A stretch of DNA of 64,000 bases from Octopus sinensis (taxonomy: Eukaryota): positions 6,944,001 through 7,008,000 of the forward strand of contig NC_043008.1 of assembly GCF_006345805.1 (NCBI RefSeq), given 5' to 3'. The notes below the pieces were generated by a model. That model saw only the letters and a list, made by a program, of their open reading frames with translations. It was not told the origin of the DNA and did no database searches. Of this stretch, positions 40,111-54,451 are shown piece after piece; positions within the stretch are counted from its first letter, which is position 1, and every line of letters begins with the position of its first letter. The position numbers and the translations under genes were made by a program.

Positions 40111-43100
40111 GTTGCCCCAACCTGTTTCTGCAGAACCATTGTACCCAACAATATTGCATTAGTCAAAGGAGTGGAGTGGGGTGTTGCTCATTATGCTTGT
40201 AAACAAACTCTTGTTAAATTCGTTAGTCCGAGATAGCTTTGGCTGAAGAGGCATAACGATGTTGAAACACCGGTTGTCCTAAAGTCTCCCTATGATAATG
40301 AAAGGAGTGTGTTATGAAGATGCGCGTGCGCATTCGTCTGAAAGCTGTTGCTCATTAACGAGATAAAACAGCGAATAGTTTATTGGTGTTCGAATCTACC
40401 CGAAAGAATTAAGAATGAATATTTAAGTCATCGTTTTGATCGTTGCTATTCACCGTACGCATAATGATTAATATGGAACTTAATTTGACAAATAAATTCC
40501 CAAAACCAATAGGAACAAGCAAAAACTATATTATAGTGAGAAAAAACATTGTTCTACATCCGAAAAAGGTGAAACCGCGAAAACAGCGAAATTAGGAGCA
40601 CTGCTTCTAAAATAAGTATTTAACAATTTTGTTATTCGTTTGGGATGTATTGAATTCTCACTGCACAGCATTTATATTTCTTTTTCTGATGTGAAACTGT
40701 TTTTATACATTTTTATACATTTTAATACTTTTTGATTATTTTATTGTTTCCTAATTCTTCCGTTTCCAAGATTTCTAAAAATGATCTTGATCGTACGGTG
40801 TAATATTCTCTCGCTGAATTTTTTCCCCCACTGCTAATGAAAAATCGACATTTTTACTCTGGGAATAAAGAGAATCTTTAATGTTTGCAGTGCATTTACT
40901 CTGCTGATAAAAACAAAAATAAAAACCTGACGTTACATTAAATCGTGAAATTGTGTCATGTTGTAGGTGTAAAAATGTAGGTTTATAATGTTGATCGGAG
41001 ACTTTATTGATCTCCGACATAGATGTAGACGATAATATTTGTCTGTGATACAGAGTAAAAGTGTAGTGCGTTGGCACAGATTCATTCTATTGATGTACGA
41101 GCTATGACTATAGGGTGTGATTTCTGAAATAGCATAATAACGTTGGTCATTGGAATAGGGTGATAATGGCGATCTGTGACATGCGGTTATGATATAAGAT
41201 CATGTTAATAGGAGTGTGTCATACGGTTTTGATATAAGATCATGTTAATATCACGTTGATCTGTGATATGGAATTATAATGTTAATCTGTAATATAGGGC
41301 AATATTGTTGATCGATGATCTGTAATATAGGGCAATATATTAGGACGTAGAAGAAAGATTAATGTGTTTATCCATAACTATTTTTGATTTTTCACTTTCT
41401 CTTTAAATTCACTATCAAATGATGCGATGTCGATTTTTAAAAGCTCCCAGGAACTTTTGCTACGATTAAATTTTACATATTTTCTTTCCTTTTAAATTGT
41501 TTCCTTATTAGAACTGTATGGAAGTGGACAGGGCATATTGTAGACGGTTTATATGATTTGTTAATAGTTTTATATAATAGTTAATATGATTTGTTAATAG
41601 TATTTTAAAGGATTACTCAGCCACGAATTCATACAGACGTTGTTGAGTTAAGTAAACTCTGGTCTGTCACAATTAGTTTCTTAGAAAAACTGTTTCATTG
41701 CCTGCCCGTCTGTGATAGGACATTGGCTCGGGTGGTGGGTACTCTAATGAAATATTGACAATGGATTCGTCGTCAAATCTGTCTGAGATGATTATCCAAC
41801 AGAATCTCAATTTGGTATTTAGCTCTAACAATTATTGTAGGCTCAGTCTATTGTATAAATTTCAGTAAGTACTGCTACACCAGACAAATAAAGACAGAAA
41901 TGTTTTAAAGCTAAAACGAAAAGAGATGAGACTAAAAGTTGAAGGAATTTAATCTGGTACTTTTTGCTAATTCATTATATTAATTGTGTTCTTTTGACTG
42001 TCACTGTACCAATGCGATTAAAGAACTGTAACATATGTAAAACACGTAAAAATAAACGCTTGTTGGAGTAGGAATCGAACTCAACTTAACTAATTCACGA
42101 AGTGGATAGGGAGATTCCTACATGTGATGTTCCCCTGTATCGTTTGTTTTAATCAGTCTGATAACTGCTATGGTATATAAATACATTAAGTGTTAGTAAT
42201 TGATATTGAGATCGTGACGATATAGTGGCTAATAAAACAGCTGTCTGCAAGAGCAATATCAATCTCAATAAACATTAATTTCTCACATTAGTACAATGCT
42301 TCTAATATGCCGAGGAGATGAACTGTGTCCACTGAATCAACAACGTTCACGTCTGGAATTTATTTTATTAAATCAGTCATCTGGGATGGAAAAACGAAGC
42401 CATTCCCAGCACGATTGTCTCTAGTTTCTATCCACTATCAGATACAAACACTATCAATATTAATTTCTTTTCATTTCGTACAAATGCTCTGATATCAGAA
42501 AAGGGAGATGATAAATTGTGATGTTTATGCTTTCCCTTAAAAAAACATTAATTGAAACAAAATGCTTTTAATAGTGATTCGAAACCGAATCGCGAGCTCG
42601 GCGCGTCTGAAACTTATCTGGACTTATCTACAATGCACGCCACATGAAATGATATTATCATGAAATGCCTTAGATTCCCAAACCAGATAATACATGTGAA
42701 TAGCTGAAGTGTTTGATATTTGGAGAGATATAGCCTCCATGGCAATGACATTAATAATCACTGGTCTGACGCAAACAAGATGGTGTCGATGGCATTAATT
42801 TGATTACTTGATGCTCTCTCAACAAGAAAATAGGCATTTTTCAATGGTGTAAGCGATAACGTTAGTTTTACCCAATAATATGGCAGTATTCATTATCATC
42901 AATAATATTTTCTCTTGAACAAGATAGCAATCATCTTAATACAAATAATGGTTAACATGGCGTCGTCTAAACAACATACAAATTGTGTAAGAATAACCAG
43001 AAGAACAACATTGAAAGAAATCTTAGAAAATAAGGGTGAAGGAAAGACGGAACGTCACCATTAGCAACGAGGACGGCCTCCAGGTGGTTGCTCCATCTGC

Positions 43101-43164
43101 TAGAAATAATAGCCTAATCTCATACACAGTCACTTTCTTGCGAAGAAAATATATGAAAAGAATG

Positions 43165-43324
43165 TACATTCTTTACATTTGACGGATATTTGCCCTCATC
43201 TTGTTTGTTTTGTTGTTAACACAACATTTTCGGCTGATATACCCTCCAACCTTCATCAAGTGTCTTGGGAAAATTTCGAACCTGGGTTCTCATTCCTAAG
43301 GTATTTTTCGATGTTGTTGTAGTC

Positions 43325-43361
<37 letters not shown>

Positions 43362-43436
43362 TCACTGCCTGGAATCGAACTAGGAATCTTGGGGTTAGCA
43401 GCCCACGCCCTTAACCACTACGCCATATGCCCGTGG
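43165..43436 (-). mobile_element. SINE family E: tRNA-like head, (TAA)n spacer, hammerhead-bearing tail
   Basis: Minus strand: GGGCATATGGCGTAGTGGTTAAGGGCG...CTGCTAA...GTTCGATTCC, then (TAA)n, then GACAC-TTGATGA-A-GGTTG..CAGCC-GAAAATGTT-GTGTT. Second copy at 63835-64000. Confidence 0.75.
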
Positions 43437-43609
43437 GCAATTATGTAGTCCCATACATTAAAAAAAACATTGAGATGGTCAAGGCTGGAATGTCTTCGAT
43501 CATGGAACTTCTGTATATGCGTTGACTTGGGGTGAAAGAATAACAACAATGGCAAAAATATGAAGGAAGAACAGGGGCAGCAGACAGCAGAAGTATTCAT
43601 GGTAGGAAA

Positions 43610-44035
43610 GCAGCACAACAACAACAACAAGCATAACAACAAGCATAACAACAGTAACAAACATAACAACAACAAGCATAACAACAGCAACAGCGACAAA
43701 AACAAGCATAACAATAGCAACAGCGACAAAAAACAAGCATAACAACAGCAACAAGAACAACAGCAAGCATAACAACAAACATAACAACAACAAGCATAAC
43801 AGCAGCAACCATAACAACAACAAGCATAACAACAACAAGCATAACAACAACAAGCATAACAACAACAAGCATAACCACGACAGCAGACATACATTTCAAC
43901 AATACCAAGAACACGAACAAAACAACAACACGGCAAACAGCGCCAACTGAAGCAGCCACAGCATTAGCAGCAGCAGCAGCAACAACAACAACAACAACAA
44001 CAACAACAACCGTAACAAAATCAATAACCACAACA
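43610..44035. repeat. (AAC)n-based 15-bp minisatellite (AACAACAACAAGCAT)
   Basis: Directly visible. Confidence 0.9.
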
Positions 44036-44336
44036 ACGGTGAGAAAAAGATTATATTAAGATTATAGATTCGAGTAATTTATATTCAGGTGAGTGAAAAA
44101 TGGGTTTCTTAAATTTAACAATATAAGAATAAAGATATATATTCAAATGGAAGATGGCTGGTGGGGGTGGTGGATTTCCGTCGGTCTCCACGGTGAGCGT
44201 TTAGTTGTACGACCAGCTGAGTTGCAAGACTTGAATTTAATGAGTTGGAGCTGAGAATTATACAGTTGGGCGTAAATTTATCGCTATTCTAGAAGGAGTT
44301 AGCGCGACACAATGTGGTAATTACTGTTCAATTGAG

Positions 44337-44431
<95 letters not shown>

Positions 44432-44764
44432 TATAGACTGACAGAGAGAGCGATAGAGATAGAGATAACAGACTGACAGATAGAGCGAGAGAAAGCTGCA
44501 CTAACAATGAATGGTCACGTGTACTGGTCTTTAAGATACCCAAGAAAGCTTGTCAAATTTGACGCCGGTAGAAGCTGAACTGAAAGAGTAGAGAACTGCA
44601 ATAAATACGAGAAGGCATCCAATGGGACTCTTTAATGATTCAATCAAAATAATTGTCTTCAATGAAACGTAGCAAACCTTTAAATGGTGCATACCTTGCC
44701 TGGGACAACAATCTTACGTCATCGAACGACGAATTATCGGGCCGAAAATTCTAAGTCGTCACTA

Positions 44765-45140
44765 TCTACAACCTTCTTATTTAAGGCTAGTATATATATA
44801 TATATATATATGTATATTACACGAACACACACTTTATCAATAAAGCTGCAAAGACATAAAAAAAACTGTTGCTCAGAGTTTCAGAGTTCAGAGTTTCAAA
44901 ATTCAAATAAGACCGTGTTAACACCAAAAATTATTTACATTAAAAAGGTGTTTTTCTTCAATGAAAATCCCTATTTTTTACGATTTTTTGACTGCTGTCT
45001 CCATTTTTCGGTGTATTTCAACCAGAAAAATGTTCACTTAATGAGAATAACAAGCTACATAATGCAAATTTTTTACTTTTCAGAAATTCCAATTCTAAAG
45101 GGTCGAAACAAACCCGAGCAACGCCGGGAGATACTGCTTG
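44765..45140 (+). mobile_element. Putative non-autonomous Helitron
   Basis: 3' GC-rich hairpin CCCGAGC-AAC-GCCGGG followed ~8 nt later by CTTG (degenerate CTRR). The 5' boundary is uncertain. Confidence 0.45.
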
Positions 45141-45611
45141 CATATATATATATACACTCACACACATATATATGCAGACACCTATATGTATATATACATG
45201 TGCATGATTGTCTGAAGAGAGGTACTTACATAATTATATATTTAATTATGTACTTTCCATGTCTATGACATTGCGTGACTGCTGTCATGTTTGAATCATT
45301 TAAAAAAATCAATTCTGTAAGTGTGTATAAGAGTTCATATATGTGTGAGTGATCATCTCTGTGTGTGTGTATGTATGTATGTATGGCAAAGGTATTTGTA
45401 CAATCCGTTAATCTTTGTTATGCGTATCAGAATGAATGTCGAATTCCTTATGTGTGCATATGTGAGCGTTTTGTGCGTGTGTGCGCCATTTTGATGGCTG
45501 TCAGTGACTATAATTATATACGCTCACGTTGCGGTGTTTCTGATTTTTAAACTTGTTCAAAATTCTTATATATTCTGATGGTTTTACTATTCACACGAAC
45601 ATACAAATATA

Positions 45612-45648
<37 letters not shown>

Positions 45649-46409
45649 CACACACACACATACACACGCACACACAAAAGGTGGTATTTCATTTTCTGGA
45701 CGGAACGGGCTTCCGTAAATCAGTGACTATTTGTACTGAATCCAAACAGTAACTCACCGCTCATAGCCTTGCAACAACATCCCCTGATGAAGCTGACAGT
45801 TCAATACATGCTAATGAATTGAACTGACTTACACGAAATACCACGCTATCCGGAACCAGCGTGTCTTATTTCTACTTAATAAGATTTTTTGACTTACTGA
45901 CTTCACGCAATTAATCGCACTCAAATTCTTCTTTCTTATTGGTTTTTAACATTTTGCCGAATTTGTTTCCCAATAATTCTTCGCTATATGTAGATGCTAG
46001 TGACAAAGCCCAAGGAGGTTGAAGTACGAATCCAGCTGCCCTACCGCAACTGTAGGACTATTTTCGACTGCTTCGAATATATCTGTGTTTTTATGCGCAG
46101 CACGCCCACATAAGATAATATCTTCGGATGAATACCGAAGTAAATTTCAATTTTCGCGATACATATTCTTTAAGTATGATAAATAAATAGCTACTTCAAT
46201 CTAATATTACATCTGTTGCTTGTAATGATACCCCCCTCATTCTCTCTTTCTCCCTCTCTATATATACACACACACACGCACTTATACATATACACATGTA
46301 TGTATATCTATATACACATACATTTACACACATATACATATATACAGCTATATCTACATCTCTCTCTCCATATATATATATACATATATGTATGTATATC
46401 CTGAACTAT

Positions 46410-46763
46410 GAGCCGCATAGCTCAGTGGTTAGAGCGTCGAGCTTACGATCGTGAGGTTGTGAGTTCGAATTTCGGACCGGGCTGCGTGTTGTGTTCTTGA
46501 GCAAGACACTTTATTTCACGTTGCTCTAGTTCACTCAACTGTAGAAATGAGTTGCGACATCACAGAAATGAGTTGCGACATGTTGTATCGGCCCCTTCAC
46601 CTTTCCCTTGGATAACACAGGTGGCGTGGAGAAGGGAGGCTGGTATGCATGGGCGACTGGTAGTCTTCCATAAACAAACTTGCCCGGACTTGTAACTCGG
46701 AGAGTAACTTTCTAGGTGCAGTCCCATGGTCAGTCATGACCGGAGGGGGTCTCAGCTCAGCTC
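46410..46763 (+). mobile_element. tRNA-derived SINE family C (CORE-like)
   Basis: A box TAGCTCAGTGG, B box GAGTTCGAAT, TTGAGCAAGACACTT core and (CTCAG)n tail. TSD ATATCCTGAACTAT / ATATCCTGAATTAT. Confidence 0.85.
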
Positions 46764-47157
46764 ATATCCTGAATTATATTGATAGCTTACATAAATCACA
46801 TACAAAATATCAAACCAAATAAAATAGATATTTCACGCTCATCATATGTAGGAAAAGGAAGCTAGCAACACGCCGCAGAAGCTTTTCTTATGGCGATGCA
46901 TTAAAATAAAATGAGAGCCAATTGCCAATTGCGTAAAGTTATCCAATGAAAAACAGACTCAAAGTATCTTTGGCGCATCAACGATTTGACATGAACCATG
47001 AAAGTGAGTTTTATGAGTTCTCGCCAAAAGTTGGCGGTGTCGTAAGCCTCACGCCGTTACACATTGTTTCCACCTATTATAGTGTTCAAATCAATTCAAC
47101 GCTGATTATATATATATATATAATATATATATATATGTTCTTTTATTTTTATATTTG

Positions 47158-47329
47158 TTTCTTGTTTCAGTCATTTGACTGCGGCCATGCTGGAGCACCG
47201 CCTTATTCTCTATAAGCCTATTACTTATTCTATCAGTTCTTTTGCCGAAACGCTAAGTTATGGGGGCGTAAACACACCAGCATTGGCTTTCAAGCGATGT
47301 TAGGGACACAGACACACACACACACACAC

Positions 47330-47372
<43 letters not shown>

Positions 47373-47382
47373 ACACACACAT

Positions 47383-47413
<31 letters not shown>

Positions 47414-47573
47414 CGATGGGCTTCTTTCAGTTTTCATCAACCAAATCCATTCACAAGGCTTCGGTCGGCCCGAGGCTATAGTAGAAGACACTTGCCCAAG
47501 GTGAAACGCAGTAGGACTGAACCTAGAACATTGTGGTTGGTAAGCAATCTACTTACCACATAGCCACTCCTAC
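47158..47573 (-). mobile_element. SINE family B copy
   Basis: Reverse complement of the 5289-5733 element, with an internal deletion. Confidence 0.8.
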
Positions 47574-47621
<48 letters not shown>

Positions 47622-47640
47622 TTATGTATGAATGTATATG

Positions 47641-47685
<45 letters not shown>

Positions 47686-48315
47686 CGTATGAATGTATAC
47701 GTATGTATATATACATATACATACATATATATATATATATTATTCGTGTCAATAAGCATGTATGTGTGTCTCCTGGTTTTAATTAAGATTCAGTAAATTT
47801 CTTCAGCAATAGCATACATTATAATATGTACACACATCATAACGCAGATAAACCCGCATACACACACACACACACACATTTCAACAATGACTTAATGATA
47901 CCCCCCAGCATAAGCACATATATGCAGTTATTTAAATTCATATATTCAAAGTACATTTCAACATATATGCACCTACAATCACTTATACACACGTATATGT
48001 ACATTTTCGTAATTATATACACGCATAATTATTATATACATATATATGAAATTATATATGCAGATATCTATGCGTCTGATATGTGTGTTGTGGAGTAAGT
48101 GTGGCGTATCGTTCTTAGTTCTGTTTATCATCCATATATTTAGCGGTCATACTTCAAATGTATGAATTATCCGTTAGTACTGAAGTAAAATGTGGATGTT
48201 GAGATATATTTTCTACGTAACAATTGATATTTATGAAGAAACCGATAACAATAAGTAGCAGTAGACAGACACAAATGTGTTCATAAATGTATGAGTGTAT
48301 TATCGCATGTGTATG

Positions 48316-48319
<4 letters not shown>

Positions 48320-48357
<38 letters not shown>

Positions 48358-48738
48358 AATATATATCAATACATATGCATGTATGCGTGTGTATGCATAC
48401 ATGTATATTTATCTATGTATATATATATATGTACGTATACATGTGCATGCATTTATGTATATATATATGTATATACATGCATATATGTATATATATATAT
48501 GCATGTATAATTGTATGCATATTTATATATATTATATATATATTATTATATATATATATATATATATATATGTGTGCATGTAAATGTGTGTATACATTTA
48601 TATATAAATATATATATACATACAATTATGTGCATAAGAGCACCTATCTGACAATCTACGGTGTGTATATCAATTTATATATAATAACTTATTCCATTAT
48701 TACTAATGACAGTAATTTGATATTTTATTATACTGCAT

Positions 48739-48830
<92 letters not shown>

Positions 48831-49036
48831 GCCCATTTTTATGTATCATTGACAAACATTTGCATAGACGCACATAATTCCACCGAACATCTAAGTCGTA
48901 TACATACATAAACATACGCATATTTACGCACACGGATTCACATATATACAATAACACGTAAATCCAGGCACACAAACAAACATACCTGTTTATATAATAC
49001 ATACTTTTATACATTACACACACACACACACACACG

Positions 49037-49102
<66 letters not shown>

Positions 49103-49151
49103 TGTATATATATATATACACATATATATTATATATATATATACATATATG

Positions 49152-49184
<33 letters not shown>

Positions 49185-49359
49185 TATACAGACATATATA
49201 TATATATATATATATATAGATATATATATATATATATATATACAGACATATATATATATATATTATATATACATATATATATATATACACATATATATTA
49301 TATATATACATATATATATATATACACATATATATATATACACACATATATTATATATA

Positions 49360-49407
<48 letters not shown>

Positions 49408-49497
49408 CATATATATATATATATATATATAATATATATATATATCTATATATATATAATATATATACATATAATATATATATATATATTATACATA

Positions 49498-49591
<94 letters not shown>

Positions 49592-49592
49592 G
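48320..49592. repeat. Long imperfect (TA)n-rich block
   Basis: Directly visible. Confidence 0.95.
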
Positions 49593-51300
49593 TAAGAATA
49601 TTATATTCACCACCCTTTCCCAATCGCTGTGACGGAAGAATAACATAATCATCGACTTTTAAACTAGTCTGGGTGTCATAAATTTATTTTTTTCTTTTGC
49701 TATTGTTGTTGTGTTATCGTTGTGCGCTTTGGCACGTCGGAAACGTTGTTCGCCATATCTGTGAAATATTTATCCATATATAATAGCTCATTTCCATAAA
49801 TTAATTTTATATTCTATTTTTAACGTGGATTTAGGCATTTCGAACACACTCGTAACGTTTGCCATAGTAAAAATTGTATGCATCTGTCTTCTTGATGTTT
49901 CGAGTCTTTCTGCACATCATCGGTTTCTCTGTTACGCTGTATGTAACTACCAACACATTTACGATTCTCTTTGATGTTTCTCTGAAAGAAAAAACCCCAC
50001 ACAATGTGTCTAGAGGTAATCTACAACGTATACATTCATACATACATAACAAATATATATATATAGTCATATGACATTATTTTAGATTCAATTGTCTCGT
50101 CGTGTTACTGTATTAGTTGTACTTATGTATCCGAGTATATTTTATTATTTTCGTCTCTGAATTTGATTGTTTCTCACTTTATTGATTCTTTTGTCTCATC
50201 TCGTTCAAAAAAAAAAAAAAAAAAAATCAGAACCCCCCCCACCCCGAAAAGAAACAGAATATCTGGTTATAACCACAAAATACTTATTTATCCGTGTAAA
50301 AATATACGCGGCCGCGTATGTGTATTCGTGTGCAGATGTATGCATTATATATGTATATATATGTGTATCTATCTATTTACATATCTATCACTTTCTCCCC
50401 TCTCTCTCTATAATATATATATATATATACGTACACACACATTCATATATATACACACATTCGTATATATATATATATATATATCTATATATATATCTAT
50501 ACACATTCATAGATATACATATTGATATATATACACATTCATATATATATATATACATACACACATATATACATATACATATATATACACATACACATAC
50601 ATATATACACACATTCACACACACATATATATATACACACATTCATGTATATATACACGCATTCAAACACACACACACACATATATATATATAAATATAT
50701 ACTTGCATATATGCATGTGTTTGTGTACGTGTGTTAGTGTATATGTGTATATCTTTCGACAAGCTGACTTTCCATGCATGATTATATTTTTATGTTTTCG
50801 TCAGTCATAGAACCAAGAAGCCACAACCGACATTTCACTATCTAAATAACATTTGGCGTTTAAAATACTTTTTTTTTCAACCATTTGACTGGTTTACACA
50901 ACTTCACTTCAGCTTTTTCCAGGAACGAATCCTTCTCACGGTTTCTTTTTCGCTGGCGACACCTCAGAAGACTCGAATGATGTCGAAATGCTGTAGATCT
51001 CTTATACTTTGGACGGTGCTGCCACTGCTATCGCAATCATCGTGAACTGCATCAAGTAAACGGCCACCAAACACTCTGGTTGCCTCTCACAAACGGACAT
51101 ACACCAAACGCCGGTCCATATATATATATATCAACAGAATGTGTTATAATACTATTCCACATATGCAAAAACAGCCATACCAACAATCCAACATACCCCC
51201 ATCATCAATTGCCCCACAGATATCATTATGGTTTCTACACCTGAGCAGTACCATTCAGTCCGGCCGTGTCAACAGCACTAAAATAAGTGTTGTTTGATAA

Positions 51301-51358
<58 letters not shown>

Positions 51359-52448
51359 TGTATGTATGTATGTATGTATGTATGTATGTATGTATGTATG
51401 TATGTATGTATGTGTATATATAGATAGATAATGCACATGATTATATGTTTTTATTCATTTAATTTTTTTATACAGTTGACCGGTGCATGCAGTTACAGAA
51501 TTCGTTTCGTATCTAACATTACGAGATTCCCATATTTACCATTAAAACTGTACTGTGGTTATGTTGCAAATGTACATAATACAGAACAAGGGTGAAATAT
51601 TACAAATGTATATAATATATAACAAGGATAAATGATGGCTGTATTTACTGTACATAATTCATTGGCAAAAATCATGTTCCAATCAGATGATGATTTGTTG
51701 CTATGACAAACGTATTCTCTATGAGTATTTGCCATTGTCTTCGGGAAATTCTTCAATTACTCTATGTAGGTTTATATGTTTCAGTCATGATATTGGTACC
51801 GTTTGGTTCGATCGATTATAACAATGAACTGTGTGTTATTAGGAAGCAATTGGGTCGATCTCTCATATAATCGATATTGAAAGCCACTAACTAGCGCTCA
51901 ATTCTCGCCGAATTTAAATATCTTTTTAAACAATTGACGGTTTGTTTTTCGAAGAATTACGCTATGCAACATGAAATACGATACAAGACTACACCGGAAT
52001 GTGAATTTAGAAAGACTTTAATTCTTAGTAAATGGTAAAACCATCTTGAATGTATTTGGCAACGGTAAGTTTTAAACAGGAAGTATTGACTGGTGTCATT
52101 GTAAATAGTTCTAAAACCGGAAACTTCCAGAAGTATTTCATTTACATAGAAATCAATCTTCGATTTCTGCAATTTTTTTGTGAATGTTTTTAAAATATTA
52201 TTTGCAAAACACATTTTGCGGTTAACGAAAATTGACATCATTTGTGTGTACAACAGACGGGGTCAATATTACATATATTTCATGCCAAGTAGTTCCTGGT
52301 TTGAAAAGATATGCAATTTTCCAGTATACGATTGGTCACAATGATTGCAAAACTCAAATACACACACGCATTAAAACAGACACTGAAAAATTTGGTACAT
52401 TTCTAATATAACCCTACGGTATATATGTCTTTCTCCCCTCTTTCATTC

Positions 52449-52496
<48 letters not shown>

Positions 52497-52498
<2 letters not shown>

Positions 52499-52726
52499 GG
52501 AGTAAGCACATAAATGTGAAACAAGGTGGAAAAAAGTACTCAAATACCAGGGGTAGAGTAATATGCTTTATTTAAAAGCAGCAGAAATTCAACAAAACCT
52601 GTTATTCGGAGTTTCACGTTCCGGTTCGTCGGACAGTTTTGTTAAAAAAAAAACTGTCCGACGAACGGGAACGTGAAACTCCGAGTAACAGCTATTGTTA
52701 TATTTCTGCTGCTTTTAAATAAAGTA
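52497..52726. mobile_element. Fold-back pLTR-like element with a hammerhead in each arm
   Basis: Arms ~52561-52640 and ~52649-52726 are reverse complements, with (TA)n on both flanks. Confidence 0.7.
52654..52691 (+). ncRNA. Minimal type I hammerhead (U4C variant)
   Basis: CTGT-CCGACGA-ACG GGAA CGT-GAAA-CTCCGAG-TA-ACAG. Near-palindromic stem III ACTCCGAGT and a GUA triplet (cut after 52687). Confidence 0.65.
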
Positions 52727-54141
52727 TATATACATATAAATAAATATATATGTAAATATATATATATATATGCACACATGAGAATGCACATAGACCACAT
52801 ATACACTTACAAAAATTCATGTATGTATTTGTAATCGCACACAAAGAGTTGTGTATTCTAAACTTGGAAGCGTAATTCTTGTAAGATTTAATTCGTCTTA
52901 ATTACTTCAGGGAATTGTTTCACTAGCCCCCAACACACACAGACACACACACACGCACTATTTTCATTTAAAACGTTGACTCAATTCCATTTATCAATAA
53001 TTGGGTTTACTATCAATAAAACACTCCCGTATAAGATTGAACCCTCGTGAGAGTCTCCGGGATTTCTACACTAGATATTGTCAGCCATTACCTATTTTAC
53101 CATTGCAATATTTCATTTTGTCCCTCTCGTATCGTTATTGGCATGACTTAGCCTGAATGGCATTTGCTATTCAATGTGAGGGCCATAAGAAATGTTAAGA
53201 CGAGCAGAAAATGATGCATGTTACATGGATAATACACATAGAAATAAAATTTAAATGATGAAATATGCCTGCTAATATTCAGAAATGTAATATTTGGTTG
53301 CTCACATAATAGCATTATGTTACAATAAATCCTTGAATTGTAGAAAAATGAAATATTAATCTTAGATTACTTTCCTTGCGAATGCAGTACACATCACTTC
53401 AGCATAAGCAACTGTTAGAAATCTGTGGTAGCTAACTCTATCCTACTTTCCATACACTGAATATTATACAGTGTCGTTAACTTTTAAGCGCCAGTACATA
53501 GGCACGCGGCAATACATACGCTTGTTTACACGTATACAAATGTAATTCCTTTCTCAATAACATTAAAAAAAAATATGTTTCAGACCTCTTACCGGAATTG
53601 GTAAGGAAAATGTGAAAATTTAATAAAAATTGTAAAACAGAAACAAGTTTTGTTTACAGTCGAATTTGTCTGGCAAAATAGCTGTTCACTACACACGTTA
53701 TACATACCTTTACATGTATTAATTACGAAGATACACAAATACACACACGCACCCGGTATATGTGCACACATACACAACACATACGCACACACATACATAC
53801 ATACATATACACGCATACATGCATTTATGTATATTTTTTCCGTCCTTGTTTCGTATACATTCGCTGCTTTCTTACAAGGAATGTAATGCTCTTATTTTAC
53901 CTTAGGGCTGGCCAGATTAGAGCAATCTCGAGTATAACCAGCCGAAATTGCAAAGATAATCGGGAACTCGACCGAGGATAGAAAACTCCGAATGATCCGT
54001 CCTTATTTTCCTGGTATCGTCTGTCTGGATATTTTGTTTTCCTTTTTTTGTTTCACCTAACTGTCCGGATGTTTTGCGTTCTTGTCCCATTTTTGTATTT
54101 TATATATATATATATATATATAGTGCTCAACATCGCGTTGG

Positions 54142-54410
54142 TAGATATAATTTATTTGAGAATTAAGGCTACCATTGGTTTAATGCTAAGAAAAGCAGGA
54201 AAATATCCTAGTGTCTTAATTTTTCAAGCCGATCATATGGAGAAATGTTTTCATCTCCATTTTGGAAAACAGTCTCGGGGGTTCTCATAAATTCATGTGA
54301 ATAAAACAAATATTCATGTGATCGGCTTCAAATTTTGTTAAGATACTAGGATATTTTCGTACTTCTTTTAACATGAAACCAACGGTAGCCTTAATTGACA
54401 AATAAAGAAT

Positions 54411-54412
<2 letters not shown>
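54142..54412. repeat. Diverged fold-back element between (TA)n tracts
   Basis: AATTAAGGCTACCATTGGTTT...AAATATCCTAGTGTCTTAA...GCCGATCATATG is mirrored by CATGTGATCGGC...TTAAGATACTAGGATATTT...AAACCAACGGTAGCCTTAATT. Confidence 0.7.

Positions 54413-54451
<39 letters not shown>

Noticed and set aside
43418-43936. Cys-rich (YACCC)n keratin-associated-like ORF
   Set aside because: It is the antisense reading of an AAC-based minisatellite.
46410-46485. tRNA gene (also 43361-43432 and 63835-63906)
   Set aside because: Acceptor stems do not pair, and each head is followed by a SINE body (with a TSD for the 46410 copy), so these are SINE heads.
51957-52253. 98-aa non-repetitive ORF
   Set aside because: No recognisable domain; its length is compatible with chance.
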